A stretch of DNA of 44,131 nucleotides from Asterionella formosa (GCA_002256025.1 NKIB01014367.1:1-44131); one strand, 5' to 3'. Counted from the first letter of the stretch, positions 25,201 through 33,789 are shown. Translations and numbers: made by a program. Notes: a model not told the origin generated them from the sequence alone.

Positions 25201-25466
25201 AGTGCTTGTTCCATGTAGTACTGCTCATCCTTACTGCTATTCTTTCTTAGTGCGACTTGTAGTTCGTTACGGATTAATGCTATCTCTGCACGGGTAGTAG
25301 ACATGTGGAGCAGTTGTCGCCGACGATCTCTATTGTTCTTCGTCTTCGTCGTCGCAGTGTTCTTGTCGTTGTTTCTTGCCCCTTTCCGAGGATGCAGGAA
25401 GACAAACTCTGGAATCAAATGATGATTGCTATTGGAGATTTCATCATTATCCATGCTCGTGGTCAT
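13239..25466 (-). CDS. Giant MORN-repeat protein (~4075 aa) with long repetitive acidic disordered linker
   Basis: 12.2-kb stop-free frame; first ATG at 25466. The C-terminal ~170 aa (13239-~13750) contain about seven MORN units (YEGEWKGGYWDGCG, YLGEFVKGQLHGQG, YVGTFTQGVRHGHG, YVGEFEDGDKNGWG, YEGEWKNNMFEGVG, YKGEFRHNEPYGFG). Confidence 0.9.
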   Translation of the reverse strand: MTTSMDNDEISNSNHHLIPEFVFLHPRKGARNNDKNTATTKTKNNRDRRRQLLHMSTTRAEIALIRNELQVALRKNSSKDEQYYMEQALKRRRWKHSASAKTTNNEYHNDVAPPMTEEADDAENYNRGKRKKKRARSSMRAREQRYRIIPDSWVGQTITVHPESAKIENYPSLALLQNKRASVVNVFTDRTIWSTPPQGSADTTKDTAPLSMEVQHQQIALRERVLPEPFMVKNFMSKEASVARTSPTLIGSYTNNSVESLIKRKKAYRSAPKRKDSNDDEMMEANKLVPQTLEQLFDGDLPMETVASDQKHLPIHDEPLSTIPNRTLLVEARNNNKYCSNSKSMGSLPVAMLALRTRSLDMQTSSSGQHLPIHDEPLSIIPNRTLLAEARNNNKYCSISKPMGSLPVAMLAIRTRSLDMETSSSGTYDLKSTSQLLEEIEETLKLSSGNWDTNSTTTLLETMTHPSDMEDELNASIQKLKEGLVPETSRDDPYFSSTQSLLSKDRIDCPVTTTEKNVEDLAVHDMIPKNTCRGDLIATEPPQVLEREKVNQMDEVLPISPVVFHDQHKISTNLVFPTSHTDSPRKERVKRQNLRRMHKSPHSITHTPVSIIHRNIQGNDWENKEVLAAPNVTAPAILKIKVGGIDHLGQEAGFEQSSLEVEEEVKAALNEFRWSAIKTTGEYRASSLSTDCLAARNIDRLLPKKGQIVEDMIERDSVSPEVVTHILTATEPLRLISPEVDELDKLLLFSPLEFHDHNNQGNRTGHDVSQTSELVMDSPLNQNVLHQTSADSVKDAQLLISKSVKDNRFDRLSRNFKNKIPRIRSESQLDSGRRKHVPSGHNTLKRLSLGQQQNDVPSKETRDCLKDNEGFCELNLESVELKAVPVVMENKAICEANSESVELKSVHVLTTPSTQISHGKADDLEKQEIQGSEVVTTSVRLKNEITKKMPREMESEKSQPEIKGEVKAEIKNWRWNAQTTTREGDAHPSTYGFKENMIVSSSTTTEEKAEDLAVLDMITPETFIHTEPLHILETRKRDELDDLLQFSPVVFHDQRNQNSSMDDDVWTATKFDVGSPPNPKETCQIKAVSSKGAQSLVPKSVSDNRLDSMQFKIDVAKIWSEFQVASGGRKQVPSDYNPSKRRSLSQQVKVSPANLKNDSSKDDEACHEPNSTSLEPKSMHVLPKPSDRITHGKVDDLKYQKKHAPTLTRLKDGATKPVQFEKELNYERLSFEVKDDGKVMNKNLRRNGITSTQEDQAHPPTERNNDSLFRTTVKQSEDLVVLYTIPPEHCRSDLTATEPLNVLESREVDELDDLLLFSPVVFHDQNKEDNSVDPLVVNNSGSDMGSRLNQNVAYDIKAVAVAASVEGAQSLFSKGVNDKGFDSPSRNFRSEMARIWGECQLNSVERKHVPSYHTPPKRLSHGQQLNVVPLEKSNTVKEDEAFHEPNSESLKPKTDHLSLKPSKNRTADGKVNALENHDSEGAMNVTTLTRLKNDVARKAHIDNGSSLVQTVSEMEEGAKVDAKKLDEKTVSVGSKGAHPGHGLLKQRSHGKHLNYLTPMVKSFASKDDEVLFEPTLESKEVTTTNVLRLPRNTFSRHRTPSLALHQHRETDALEIKEGCTATTETSTRLKNGLTYPEPIENEVVSVQSFSGTDARYSENDNGRSEFTSIQHGLLDETLKANMCYQESVKKTFTQELDLNDPASSTTLPSEVTRNLSVKKNWFEPRFSDELFNPSLVPEIQNEMQWDKTPLVSSHRAMNFDRFPKHEELNQKCDKVESVSRGLAANILPSLESEKLQNVSPVQSNQRQIQLDNEHVPKLNWIMFQGSTDSESSLPEQIKEQQSSQKVAQKKTHWFGTDSLLALLRKYDVDTLEALVSKIEPTSGSITKSVKPLCSGQEPGNPGSFGFLHALEKQNDREKPQISILESSVVLESEILTSTPEKLYSREHKDYGDNSLYEFYEDNCAPASEGRLTQFDHVSEKEDCAGEEWFDHRQGQRWGHYGESQTFEEIKIKPPGEPSSQPSAKIHCREAKPLKHFEVSSTTVDHKGEPAVQGSPRKVPQSNFLEHLLKKVGPRKPSVSTAIPTRIPSVLGESTIPSFRRSAPVSLSHAEEKLNTDDDGKSKSSLQLFHTKGPCDQALFESSGHDIRNSPPGENEKTEFVPVVSPARAGAKFWAPEEMVDRNGKKELMMASEELHSAPSGQGLPKSLHYVSLQNINQESSIEGLSEMLTFSDELKSVPCHAAPHKSKLSHVVSDLKSHRASHEGGSHADDDQIELSVKSESVKTLRHFSGYRGVSACARASVPEHVEKEEEEPDIIDSIIESKLVPKFGKSLRPSQSHRKKAPFRQASVKDVPTEILQENSIECKDYIGDSDTAEKAELIVPKVPTGGRAFSKFLAREATNADTIVQDQGQDDFKLASEGLKCYHSEQVVQDAPTVMNCTNTLGYNSLTESCTKSPKIAIIEVQDHHKGEPFAQESVEQTLEGGQQCWPEQKRLCGEETAIAEEVPSVSREASHGGGSMHVPLEVDSLDQDEGWMETNIGGDKVLLEPSDPDFFIELDAVTLNHSYTEVINEGLERCGENIDRMPSSQQIDNSSSISFSIHEYSEAAVCDAAPVLEQMEKKEEESDIIDAIIESRNNRDNKVLVESSDPFFFKELEAVTLNNSYTDVFNDGLEVCDENIYRIPSSEQIDNSSSITFSVHEYCQAAVCDATPVLEQMEKKKEESDIIDAIIESRNNGDNNVLVESSDPDFFKELEAMTLNNSCTEVFNDGLVRCDENIDRIPSSQQIENSPTTTFTLHEYREAAVCDGAPEAVTLNNSHTEVINEGLVRCDENIDRIPSSQQIDNSPSTTFTVHEYREAAVCDGAPVPEHVEKEEEEPDIIDSLIESKFVPKFGKSLRPSQAHRKKAPFRQASVKDVPTEILQENSIECKDYIGDSDTAEKAELIVPKVPTGGRAFSKFLAREATNADTIVQDQGQDDFKLASEGLKCYHSEQVVQDAPTVMNCTNTLGYNSLTESCTKSPKIAIIEVQDHHKGEPFAQESVEQTLEGGQQCWPEQKRLCGEETAIAEEVPSVSREASHGGGSMHVPLEVDSLDQDEGWMETNIGGDKVLVEPSDPDFFIELDAVTLNHSCTEVINEGLERCDENIDRMPSSQQIDNSPSTTFTLHEYREAAECDGAPVPEHVDKEEKESAIIDSLCEPKKSCTTSSKIAIIEVQDHRKGEPFAQEFVEQTLEGGQQGWPEQKRLCGEETAIAEEVPSVSREASHGGGSMHVPLEVDSLDQDEGWMETNIGGDKVLVEPSDPDFFIELDAVTLNNSHTEVINEGLVRCDENIDRIPSSQQINNSPSTTFTLHEYREAAECDGAPVPEHVEKEEEEPDIIDSIIESKLVPKFGKSLRPSQAHRKKAPFRQASVKDVPTEILQENSIECKDYIGDSDTAEKAELIVPKVPTGGRAFSKFLAREATIADTIVQDQGQDDFKLASEGLKCYHSEQVVQDAPTVMNCTNTLGYNSLTESCTKSPKIAIIEVQDHHKGEPFAQESVEQTLEGGQQCWPEQKRLCGEETAIAEEVPSVSREASHGGGSMHVPLEVDSLDQDEGWMESNFAGDKVLVEPSDPDFFIDLDAGTLNNSYTEVINEGLELCEEVIEQFPSPEQDIFAASSPKPSRLKWLDRVSIWKANRQSEAGVSKNCEENEKESNSSFTNINIENTVQDPGDLSSFQVFSETPPGAILVDTKESNKSSSQPSLSSDELNQLRSGNDTIEKCFCGAIMGDSPRDVALNNGWEQTESCCQCSYISEDLNSCAPSLHGPPDRISFSGEPMFMLSEGNKVGDLERHEHWSELSLASEDPQNTSSIPNDASESKCFGQLSAKEKQSRTQSDGIDTPKNGKTYQVTDFTFIDQVGNAGFFSGSLSLDFDVPEGFGKMVYNHDGLVYEGEWKGGYWDGCGTLCEGNGDCYLGEFVKGQLHGQGTQSRGAGKYVGTFTQGVRHGHGTFAFSDGSIYVGEFEDGDKNGWGRCDFPEGGYYEGEWKNNMFEGVGECVWPDGRSYKGEFRHNEPYGFGIETFPDGRIFHHAESPGI
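14560..18565. repeat. Array of recent near-identical in-frame duplications (full unit ~936 bp / 312 aa plus partial units)
   Basis: The anchor gagtcgacctctaaag recurs at 14701, 15637, 16195 and 17887 (offsets 936, 558 and 1692, all multiples of 3). Copies differ by scattered substitutions. Confidence 0.95.
20900..23950. repeat. Four old, diverged in-frame repeats with a TEP...DE(L/V)...SP(V/L)(V/E)FHD core
   Basis: gatcgtg(a/g)aa anchors (FHD codons) at 21494, 22307, 23198 and 23768; peptide similarity is visible in the translation. Confidence 0.85.
24190..24533. repeat. 174-bp (58-aa) in-frame tandem duplication
   Basis: HLPIHDEPLS...RTRSLDM(Q/E)TSSSG x2; cctgacgatgacgttt at 24190 and 24364. 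Confidence 0.95.
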
Positions 25467-25505
25467 TTGCAACAGTTTCTACGATGCTGTTGTAGATAGA
25501 GATAT

Positions 25506-25545
25506 GATGGATAGATGGATAGATGGATGGATGGATGGATGGATG
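25506..25545. repeat. (GATG/GATA)n tetranucleotide microsatellite just upstream of the giant gene ATG
   Basis: Read directly. Confidence 0.9.
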
Positions 25546-25737
25546 AGAGTTGGTCGTATGAGGATCGGTGATTCGATACAGCTTTCCAGCACGACGAGGA
25601 CGATATTCCAAAACGAAATAATGATAAATACTTAATAGATGCATTTTGTGCATAAAAATAACAAATAAGAAACCACATCAGGCACACAAAAATTCCTCCT
25701 CCCTTTCCTACATCCGCCTACGGACATCATACGGAGT

Positions 25738-25757
25738 ACCGGTAATATATTACCGGT
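25738..25757. repeat. Perfect 20-bp palindrome accggtaatatattaccggt within a GTAC-rich upstream patch
   Basis: The sequence equals its own reverse complement. Confidence 0.9.
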
Positions 25758-27539
25758 GGTATAAAATGCATCATATATGATTGCTTTGGTTCATGGAGGC
25801 AGGACAACGTATTACCTGGTACCTGGGGAGTACCAGGGTACTGTAGCAGTTACAGTCGACCGGTCATACATTTATACTTACTATTGGCGAGTGAACTGGT
25901 ACCCAGGTTGTTGTTACCTGGTAGTGGTAGTCTGTATGTACCATGGTACTCGAGTACGAATAATAACATATATGTACGCACAATAGAAAATCTCAATGTG
26001 AGCGAAGCAAATTACCGGCAGAGAAGGAAGGGGCTTTGCTTTTGAATTTGTTGTATTTTGGAAAATTGCCATACAATCGTGTATAGACTCGACACATTTT
26101 CACCACGTTTGAAAAAGTATTTCCCTTTCTGCCTATTTAAATATAGTAAGTGTGCAACAACAACCAAGATGTTGGGATAGATATCGCTGTCTACATACCG
26201 TGATGTTAATGCATGGCATTAAATACATAAGGCATCAAGTTTGCTTAGTAAGTATACGTGTACCAGTAGTATCATACCTTATGTTCCGTTTTCATAGTAC
26301 ATTTGAGACAGAATGATGCATGACTTATTTTGTTCGTTTCGTCCTATATATATATAATGTTGGACAAGTAATAAATAACGGTATTAAACACAGGTACGTA
26401 GAATCATGTTTGTCGGTTTGTCGTCATACTATATCGGTAGGGGGTTTTGGCGAGCGAAGAAACACCCAACAAGATGTGGGACATATTTGTAGTAGGGACC
26501 CCTCAATGCAAGTCATCATGTCACTTAGAAAGGCGATTCATTTCGTTCCTGTAACCCCGCCAAAAGGATTATTGATGTCTGATCGTATCGTATAACATAC
26601 ATTTTTTTCCACTGGTTCAATTGCTGGCACACTCGGTGAAAGTACCAGGTACCGAACGTAAACTGCAGAGCACTATGCTGCAGTATCAGTATGATACCAA
26701 ACCAGGGACAAGGATACCGGTAATTGTCATTCCCTTTTCGAAATACCAATCTGTTCTAGAATTTTACCAGTGTAAACTGATCTAACTTTCCAGCATACTG
26801 TTAAGTATACGGAATCTTACAGAAATTCCGAAATGTCTTGTAAAGGATTGGAGTGCCAAATTCCTCAGCACAAACTAGGAGCTCCTAAACGACATACATA
26901 CCAGTAGTACCGGTACCATACATAAAAATCAGCATTACATCATCACATCATCATCATCATCATCATCACAAAAATTACACATGCAGCATGTTGTTCTTCA
27001 AACTAGATGCAACTAAAAGGGCATTCTAAGTTCTTCACACTGTTTTAATGCTAAATTAATATTGTTTTGTCACTGCAATAATGAGAAAGGAAATCAGGTG
27101 TTGATTGGAAAATGATTTCCTTAAGCTAATAGATAGTCTATAGGGCAAGCTTAAGACTGAAATGTGACCAGGATTGGCTGAGAGATGAAGAAGTTGAAAA
27201 TCGTGAAGTAAAAATAATTTTTTTTGGGATTTTTAGATCAGTTATGTTTTGCTGTAGAAACCACTTGTAAATGTAGTAGTTTCACCATGATGAAGCTTTT
27301 ACATACATACAGGCCAGTATGTTTGCCATGATGAGTCTGATTCAAGCAACAGTAACTCTGCTGCTAACTGGGATGTTCTACTCCGCTTTTTCACAGTGCT
27401 GTTGAACTAGAAATGCATCCACATTATGCCAAGAGTATCATTGAATGCAGCTATGATCAGAAAACAACAAAAAATCGCCATTCAACAGGTTGAAAGCGTC
27501 CACTTTGTCCAACAACTAACAAATGCCTTCATGGAACTT

Positions 27540-27830
27540 TCACCCAAAGCATCCAATGCCATCATGTTATAAGCGCCGCAACAGGTACTAATGATATCTA
27601 CGAAATCAAGCAACGACTGCTTTCACAAAGCGCCCACTGTAAGCAACAACCAGCAAGCACGCGAGCACTGTCTGTAGAGGCTATGGTACCGGAAATGTCA
27701 CCCAAATCATCCAATGCCATCATTCAACAAGCACCAAAACAGCAATGACATCTACAGCATCAAGAAAGAGACTGCTTCGGCGAAGTACCGCCTACTAAAA
27801 CAACAACCAACAAGCAGGAAAGCGCTGTAG
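27540..27830. repeat. Diverged ~158-bp tandem duplication, possibly part of a decayed coding sequence
   Basis: tcacccaaa(g/t)catccaatgccatcat at 27540 and 27698, with similarity continuing to caacaacca(g/a)caagca. Confidence 0.75.
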
Positions 27831-28315
27831 TGGCAATTGAACCGGACAGGCCCACTCACAGCAAGCAAGTGCCAACAAGAATAAGAATGATAATCACATC
27901 TATAAAGGCGGATAAAAATACATGTTAATATGATATTATATTTCTTTGTTACTTCAAGAATGGCGATTTGATTTGATTGATTTTCGACTAGAAATAGTAC
28001 AGCTTAAGAACTACTCCAAGTAGCGAATATACCATCATAGTTGTATACCATGATAGGTGAAAAATACACAAGGAGTGAAGTTAGTAAAATCAAGATGTCC
28101 TACACTGTCGCTATTTTGGTAGAGACAAAGTCACCTGTTAACTCTTAGAGTCGTTCATGGTCTCCAATGAATTCGAATAGACCGGTCTTTTGCCTCCAAA
28201 GGGTGTTAAGCTCCGTAATGGTCTGATGAAAAGGTACTAGTACTACCATGATCATTGGAGATTCACTAGCTTTGTCGTCTTGACTGATTTTTAGGGGTAT
28301 CAAATCAATGTTGAC

Positions 28316-28744
28316 CAATGATTACTATGTAATAGTTTTAAAAAGTACTATAGCGTTTTATTGACCAGCCTCCTCAAAAAAACTTGGGAAACAACGAAAA
28401 CAAATTTTAGCTTTAACAACCAACCCGGGAAAATGGAAAAGGCATTGTTGCATGTGTACCACAAAAACTAAAAGCGTGCAACCTCGTCAACCTCATTATG
28501 GCTATCAATTCTCTCAAGATTTAACCACAATGATTGCTGTGTAATAGTCTTAAAAAGTATTATAGCGTTTTATTGACCAGCCTCCTCAAAAAAACTCGGG
28601 GAAACTACGAAAACAAATTTTAGCTTTAACAACTAACTCGGAAAAATGGAAAAGGCATTGTTGCATGTGTACCGCAAAAACTAAAAGTGTAGCTACAACC
28701 TCGTCAACCTCATTATGGCTATCAATTCTCTCAAGATTTAACCA
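28316..28744. repeat. ~212-bp tandem duplication (two highly similar copies)
   Basis: caatgatt...tatagcgttttattgaccagcctcctcaaaaaaact...ctatcaattctctcaagatttaacca, starting at 28316 and 28528. Confidence 0.95.
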
Positions 28745-29048
28745 AAGAAACCTGGTTTTGAGAGAAGAATGATTATTTAGATAAACATGATTGCAGAACC
28801 AAAGAACTAAACTAGCTAATGTACCAGGTACTCCTACGAGCATGATTGCCTGCTGCATCCTTGGGTTTGTCGGCAAAAAATGATAGAAAGAATAAGAATA
28901 CTGCTTTGGTAGCAGTATCAGTATACTGGCATACTAGTATACTGTCATCCATCCTGTAGAACTTATAAGATTTACTTTGGTCTGTTATAAGGGAAATCTC
29001 AAGATGATTTTCAACCAGCCACCAACAAAAGAGGAAATATTTTAGTGT

Positions 29049-29370
29049 AAACTGGCGTGTTTACAGTTATTTTATCAGTGACAATGGACATGATTCACAG
29101 CAATCAACGGCTGTATCACTGATACAGAATTGGTCAGGGATCCAAAAACTGTATCAGTGATACACCAATGACAGACTGGTGATCAGACCTAAAATCCCGC
29201 TGGTGATACAAAAATATGATACAAACCGCCATTTTCGAAACGGAGATGATACACCTTTGAGAATTAACCAGTGACAAAATGATATGAGCGGCCCTAAGAA
29301 AATTATTCCGGCTGTCACCATAAAATGCACGCTGATTCCAGTGATAGTGCTTTCTAGACTACACCAGTGT
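29049..29370. mobile_element. Possible MITE/non-autonomous DNA transposon remnant with iterated TGATACA/CAGTGA motifs
   Basis: Palindromic ctgtatcactgatacag (29111-29127) and its near inverse ctgtatcagtgatacac (29149-29165), many half-sites, and weak terminal inverted similarity (aaactggcgtg / tacaccagtgt). Confidence 0.35.
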
Positions 29371-29481
29371 CATACATAAGGCACAAAAATGGAAGGCAGT
29401 AAATCTAAATCACTTCTTCCTCGATGAATGAACGCTAGATCAACAATAACCAACAACTTACTTCCTGGTTGCCAAACATGG

Positions 29482-30921
29482 TCATACTTTTTTGATAATC
29501 TTGGGAGCATTACAATGCCATTTTCCGTTGTGCCGGATCCGGCCATCTGCAAACTTCTCAACTCCCCACCCATGACATTGACTTTTTCGAAACTGGCCTT
29601 TGTAGGAACGACCATCAGGCCACATACACTCACCTTGGCCCTCAAACTTATTGTTGAACCATTCCCCTTCATAATAACCTCCTTCAAGAAAGTCACACCT
29701 TCCACGGCCCTGCCTAACCCCGTTTTCAAAATCGCCAACATAGACTGCTCCGTCTGGGAATGTAAATTGCCCTTTACCATGACGCACATCTCGGAGAAAT
29801 TCCCCAACGTACTGTTTACCTGATGTCCAAGTGTAGGTGCCCTGTCCATGGCGTTGGCCATTCACAAATTCTCCAACGTACATGTCACCATCTCCATTGC
29901 AAAGGGTGCCACATCCATCCCATTGCCCTCCTTTCCATTGTCCTTCGTAGAATCTGCCATCCAAGTCGTAAAGCATCTTGCCAAAACCTTCTGGTGATTT
30001 CAACTCTCTAGCGAGAGCTCCTGTGAAAAGTCCAGTAGCTCCTTTTGAATCTATACAAGCAAAATCTTTCACTTGAAATGTCTCAACATTAGTGCGTTGT
30101 TCCAAGTCGTAGGACACTGCATTTGGAAGCGATGCCAACACTGATATTAAGTTTAAATACCCTTTGGAGGCATTCGAAGGAGCCAAAACACAGTCAGATA
30201 ATTCATTTGAAAAATCCTTATTCTCACTCGTAAAAAGTCGGTTTGTTCCAAATTCAGGCCCTGTCCCTCTTGTATCTTTGCGAGAAGGGTTCAGAGGACG
30301 TTCGCTTTCGTGTTTGTTCTGGGCTTGCCGAACATGCTCCTTTGGACGAGAGCGTCGAATTGGCGAGTTGGTGCTAGCATCACCACAGGGCGAAGAAATA
30401 CTTGCTAAATTTTCCGCATTTTCTGATGATGCCTCTTCTTCGTCATCTCGAAGACCTAGATGAATATCTTGGGAAAAACTGACCCGTTTCAATGACGCAT
30501 TCGTTTGTTTCGCAGGAACGATGTTCCTGCTGTTGGCAGCATCCATTGATTCACGTTCCTTATCTGGAGTTACCATGGGAATCAAGAAATCATTCTGAAC
30601 CACTGCTTGTGATGCAGTTTCAATATCCATGTTGTCGGCTCGCCTCTTCAAAGCGTCCTCAATGAATTGATCCTTTTTTGCTAGCTCGTCTCTGAGTGAT
30701 GCAATCTCGGCTTGGCTGTCAGTCAGCTGATGATGAAGCTTCTGAACTAGCAGCTTAAGAGTTGCATTTTCTCTGTAGCTATTAATAGAAAAATTGAATT
30801 GCTGACTCGATTGATTCCCGGCGTCGTCAGCTTTCTCCTCCTCCTCCACTTCCTCTTCCTCCTCCTCCCCTGGCTTCTGCTTCTGCGACTTGGTGACCGG
30901 CAGAAATTTGATCGGGTTCAT
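29482..30921 (-). CDS. MORN-repeat protein with N-terminal coiled coil (~479 aa)
   Basis: First ATG at 30921 (track start is GTG); poly-E tract; ENATLKLLVQKLHHQLTDSQAEIASLRDELAKKDQFIEDALKRR; about seven C-terminal MORN units. Confidence 0.92.
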   Translation of the reverse strand: MNPIKFLPVTKSQKQKPGEEEEEEVEEEEKADDAGNQSSQQFNFSINSYRENATLKLLVQKLHHQLTDSQAEIASLRDELAKKDQFIEDALKRRADNMDIETASQAVVQNDFLIPMVTPDKERESMDAANSRNIVPAKQTNASLKRVSFSQDIHLGLRDDEEEASSENAENLASISSPCGDASTNSPIRRSRPKEHVRQAQNKHESERPLNPSRKDTRGTGPEFGTNRLFTSENKDFSNELSDCVLAPSNASKGYLNLISVLASLPNAVSYDLEQRTNVETFQVKDFACIDSKGATGLFTGALARELKSPEGFGKMLYDLDGRFYEGQWKGGQWDGCGTLCNGDGDMYVGEFVNGQRHGQGTYTWTSGKQYVGEFLRDVRHGKGQFTFPDGAVYVGDFENGVRQGRGRCDFLEGGYYEGEWFNNKFEGQGECMWPDGRSYKGQFRKSQCHGWGVEKFADGRIRHNGKWHCNAPKIIKKV

Positions 30922-33789
30922 CTCGTTGTCAGCTGATAAACAAAAGTCTCGAACAACCAATCGCTGCACCTCGACAAGGCGTTAAGTGCAAGGGTACTTT
31001 CTTTTCAACACAGAGGGGTAGAAGTGAAGGAATATCATATGATTAAAAATTGATCATCATATAGCTATTATTGTGAGGTGAAATATGATGAAGTGTCGGA
31101 TCTACAAACGTCAAGTGTCAGTACCGTACAGAAATGTAAAGTATACACATTATATGTTTATGAATATAATCTTTATGATATGCATCCTTCATCACATACA
31201 ATTGACAATTACAAACTTTTATCATTCAACGCATTTTCGAAATGATATACTCCGAGTATACTTTTACCGGTATTTATTACCGCTATCCAAGATATAGAGT
31301 GCTGGTACAAGGGTACCTGTACTGTGCACAATGAGAATACCCGGTAGCTACAGTACATTAATTATATTCCTGTATATAATAATTAACAATGTTGACAGAT
31401 CTCCATTACATAATGAGATACCTGGTATGATAAAAGTGTGAAAATACTATACATTTATCGGTAGATATTACGCTCTGGTGTAGCATCATGCATTGACTGT
31501 TGCAATCATATGTAGCACAACACAAATGGGAACCAAGCAAGTATTTTATGTGTGCTTCAAATGATTGTATTGCTCTACAACTTTCGTGATAGCAAAGTTG
31601 GTCAGGACCAAAGTGCTTCAGTGTATAGTATGCCCTATTAGGAGAGGAATGCAAATAGATATGCCATGTAATTCATCATTGCCTGAATGGGTTCAGCACT
31701 GGCACTGGAGGTGGTTATTTGAGGTACCCCATGAATCAACAATGATGCCATGATTTAAATCATCATCATGTTCATCATATTCTGTTGCTGTTGCTGATTC
31801 TGCAGGTTATCAGTATCACTTCTACTAGTAGCCTTGTGAAGCAACTGCGTCGACAGAAGAGAAAGCACTTTCTCAACAGGCCCAGTATTGCTTGACACTG
31901 GCTTATCTCTAAACCAAGGGGACACCATAGGTTCAGGAAATCTTGAACCAGAGAAATAATCATAAGTGGCAGATGTTGCTCCACCATTTGTCTTCACTCT
32001 TTCCAGACATTGCTATAATTAATCATCAACATTGAGCTTATCATGTTCCCTCACTATTCCAAGATCAGTGAAGTCAATCTCAGCACTTGTGCCTGCTCAT
32101 TGCTCGATTCTTCGAAAGATTTGTTTGGTGTATCTCACTTGGGTCCCAAGTTGGTTTCTTGACTTTGTGAAGCTGTGTAAGATTTTGGCGAAGTGAAGGT
32201 CCTGTTTGTTCTTTGTCTGGGAAATTTGTCGAAATCTAAAAGCGATGACAATTGAGCGATGTATTGCGGAGGTTGATTGATATGTAACGGTATGCATACG
32301 TATATGCATATTACCCATTTTGGTGAGAGCAAGCCATTTTGAGTATGAGCAAGAAATTCTTGAAATATTCCGGGAAATTCTAAAAGGTCATTGCTTCATG
32401 CCCATACATCTTCTTATGGAATGCACTGTTATTTATAACTGTAAAAATTTGTGTTTGTGTTGGCTGACAAAATTTCGTAAACCTGGTAAGCACCCTCGCA
32501 AACAAAAATTTTGGAGTTATGGGTACAACGATTTGGGTCATAATACACATGCATGATATAATAAATTTTTTATTATCAGAGCGCACCCAATATCCAAATA
32601 TGACGAACATTTCTTTATCGAATTCAGTAGCTGGGGATGTTGTATGAATATGAATGTATGTATGGCTGGATGCATATTCCAGAAACCCCGTGCAGCCTTG
32701 GTGTTTAGACCCAAAATATCAATTAATCGTAACCCTTAATCGTAACCCAAAACATTGCATGTTTTGCGCCAAATTTTTGCTTGTAAAATCCTGATCACCA
32801 CCATGCTTGACGCCCACAAGTCATTGCTTTTCTATTGCTGTCATTGCATTCAGCCCCTTCAAGGCCTGGTTATCTTATTGCATTTCTTCTGATGAGTAGA
32901 AACTGCACCTTGAAGAGGCTCCCACAGATTAAAGCAATAGTTTTGACGTGTTTCACATTTTTTGGCACAGATAATACCTGTATCTACGACTACAAAAAAT
33001 TCCAATTTAATCAAGAATCAATTATCAGTTCATGAATAACTTATTTCACAACTTTTGCTTCAATTCATCATACTATTCTATCAGTTGTTGTATTGTCTGT
33101 TGTGCATTTAGCTACTGTGAAGTGTCAACTCTGCTCGAACCATCATTGTTTTAAAAATTATGCATTTTTAAATTATATGAAACATTGTGCTGGCATTGGT
33201 GACTTCAATATTTGTTTCATGTAGTCCCTAGGGTTCCAGGGGTTGCGACTAACATAAAGACAGGTCCTGTTGTACTGTTTGGACAAACAAAACCTGTATT
33301 AATTGTTTCCATTGAAAATGTGCTGGGCACAAGTGCGATCATGCTTGCTGTCACGATTGATGCTGCCAAAGCCAAGAATTCAAATTCAGAATGTAGCAGG
33401 ATGGAATAGGTTCATTCTCATGCATAGTTATAGTAGTTTGATTTTCAAGTGATCTGACCTGTTGTCAAGAAAATAGAATGATAGACTGGGGGAGGTTCAC
33501 CAACCAATCTGGAAGATTCCAAATTTCAAAAGGGATGGCGCAGGTTTACTGGTACTTTCGTATCGTCCTAGCATCATTCTGGTACCAGGTACCTGGTACC
33601 TGTCATCAACAAACTGAGGTTGCTATGACAAGATCACATGACATATGGCATGCGGTATATCCGAGATTGTTTAGTCTCAATATTTTTATGCTGTACTCTA
33701 CATAATAGGTAATGATAGACTGTTGTTACACAGTTTAGGCATATTTCTTGTCTCCTAAATATTTATTTTGAATACACCAAGTACCGGCA

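Noticed and set aside
13128..25499. Numerous plus-strand and alternate-frame ORFs overlapping the giant gene
   Set aside because: Shadow ORFs of a long coding frame; they recur only because the DNA is duplicated.
29111..29165. tetO-like core TATCAGTGATA suggesting vector or bacterial DNA
   Set aside because: Only the 11-bp core matches; flanks differ from tetO and no vector or tet genes are nearby.
32723..32748. ttaatcgtaaccc x2 resembling telomeric repeats
   Set aside because: Only two 13-bp units and not a (CCCTAA)n run.
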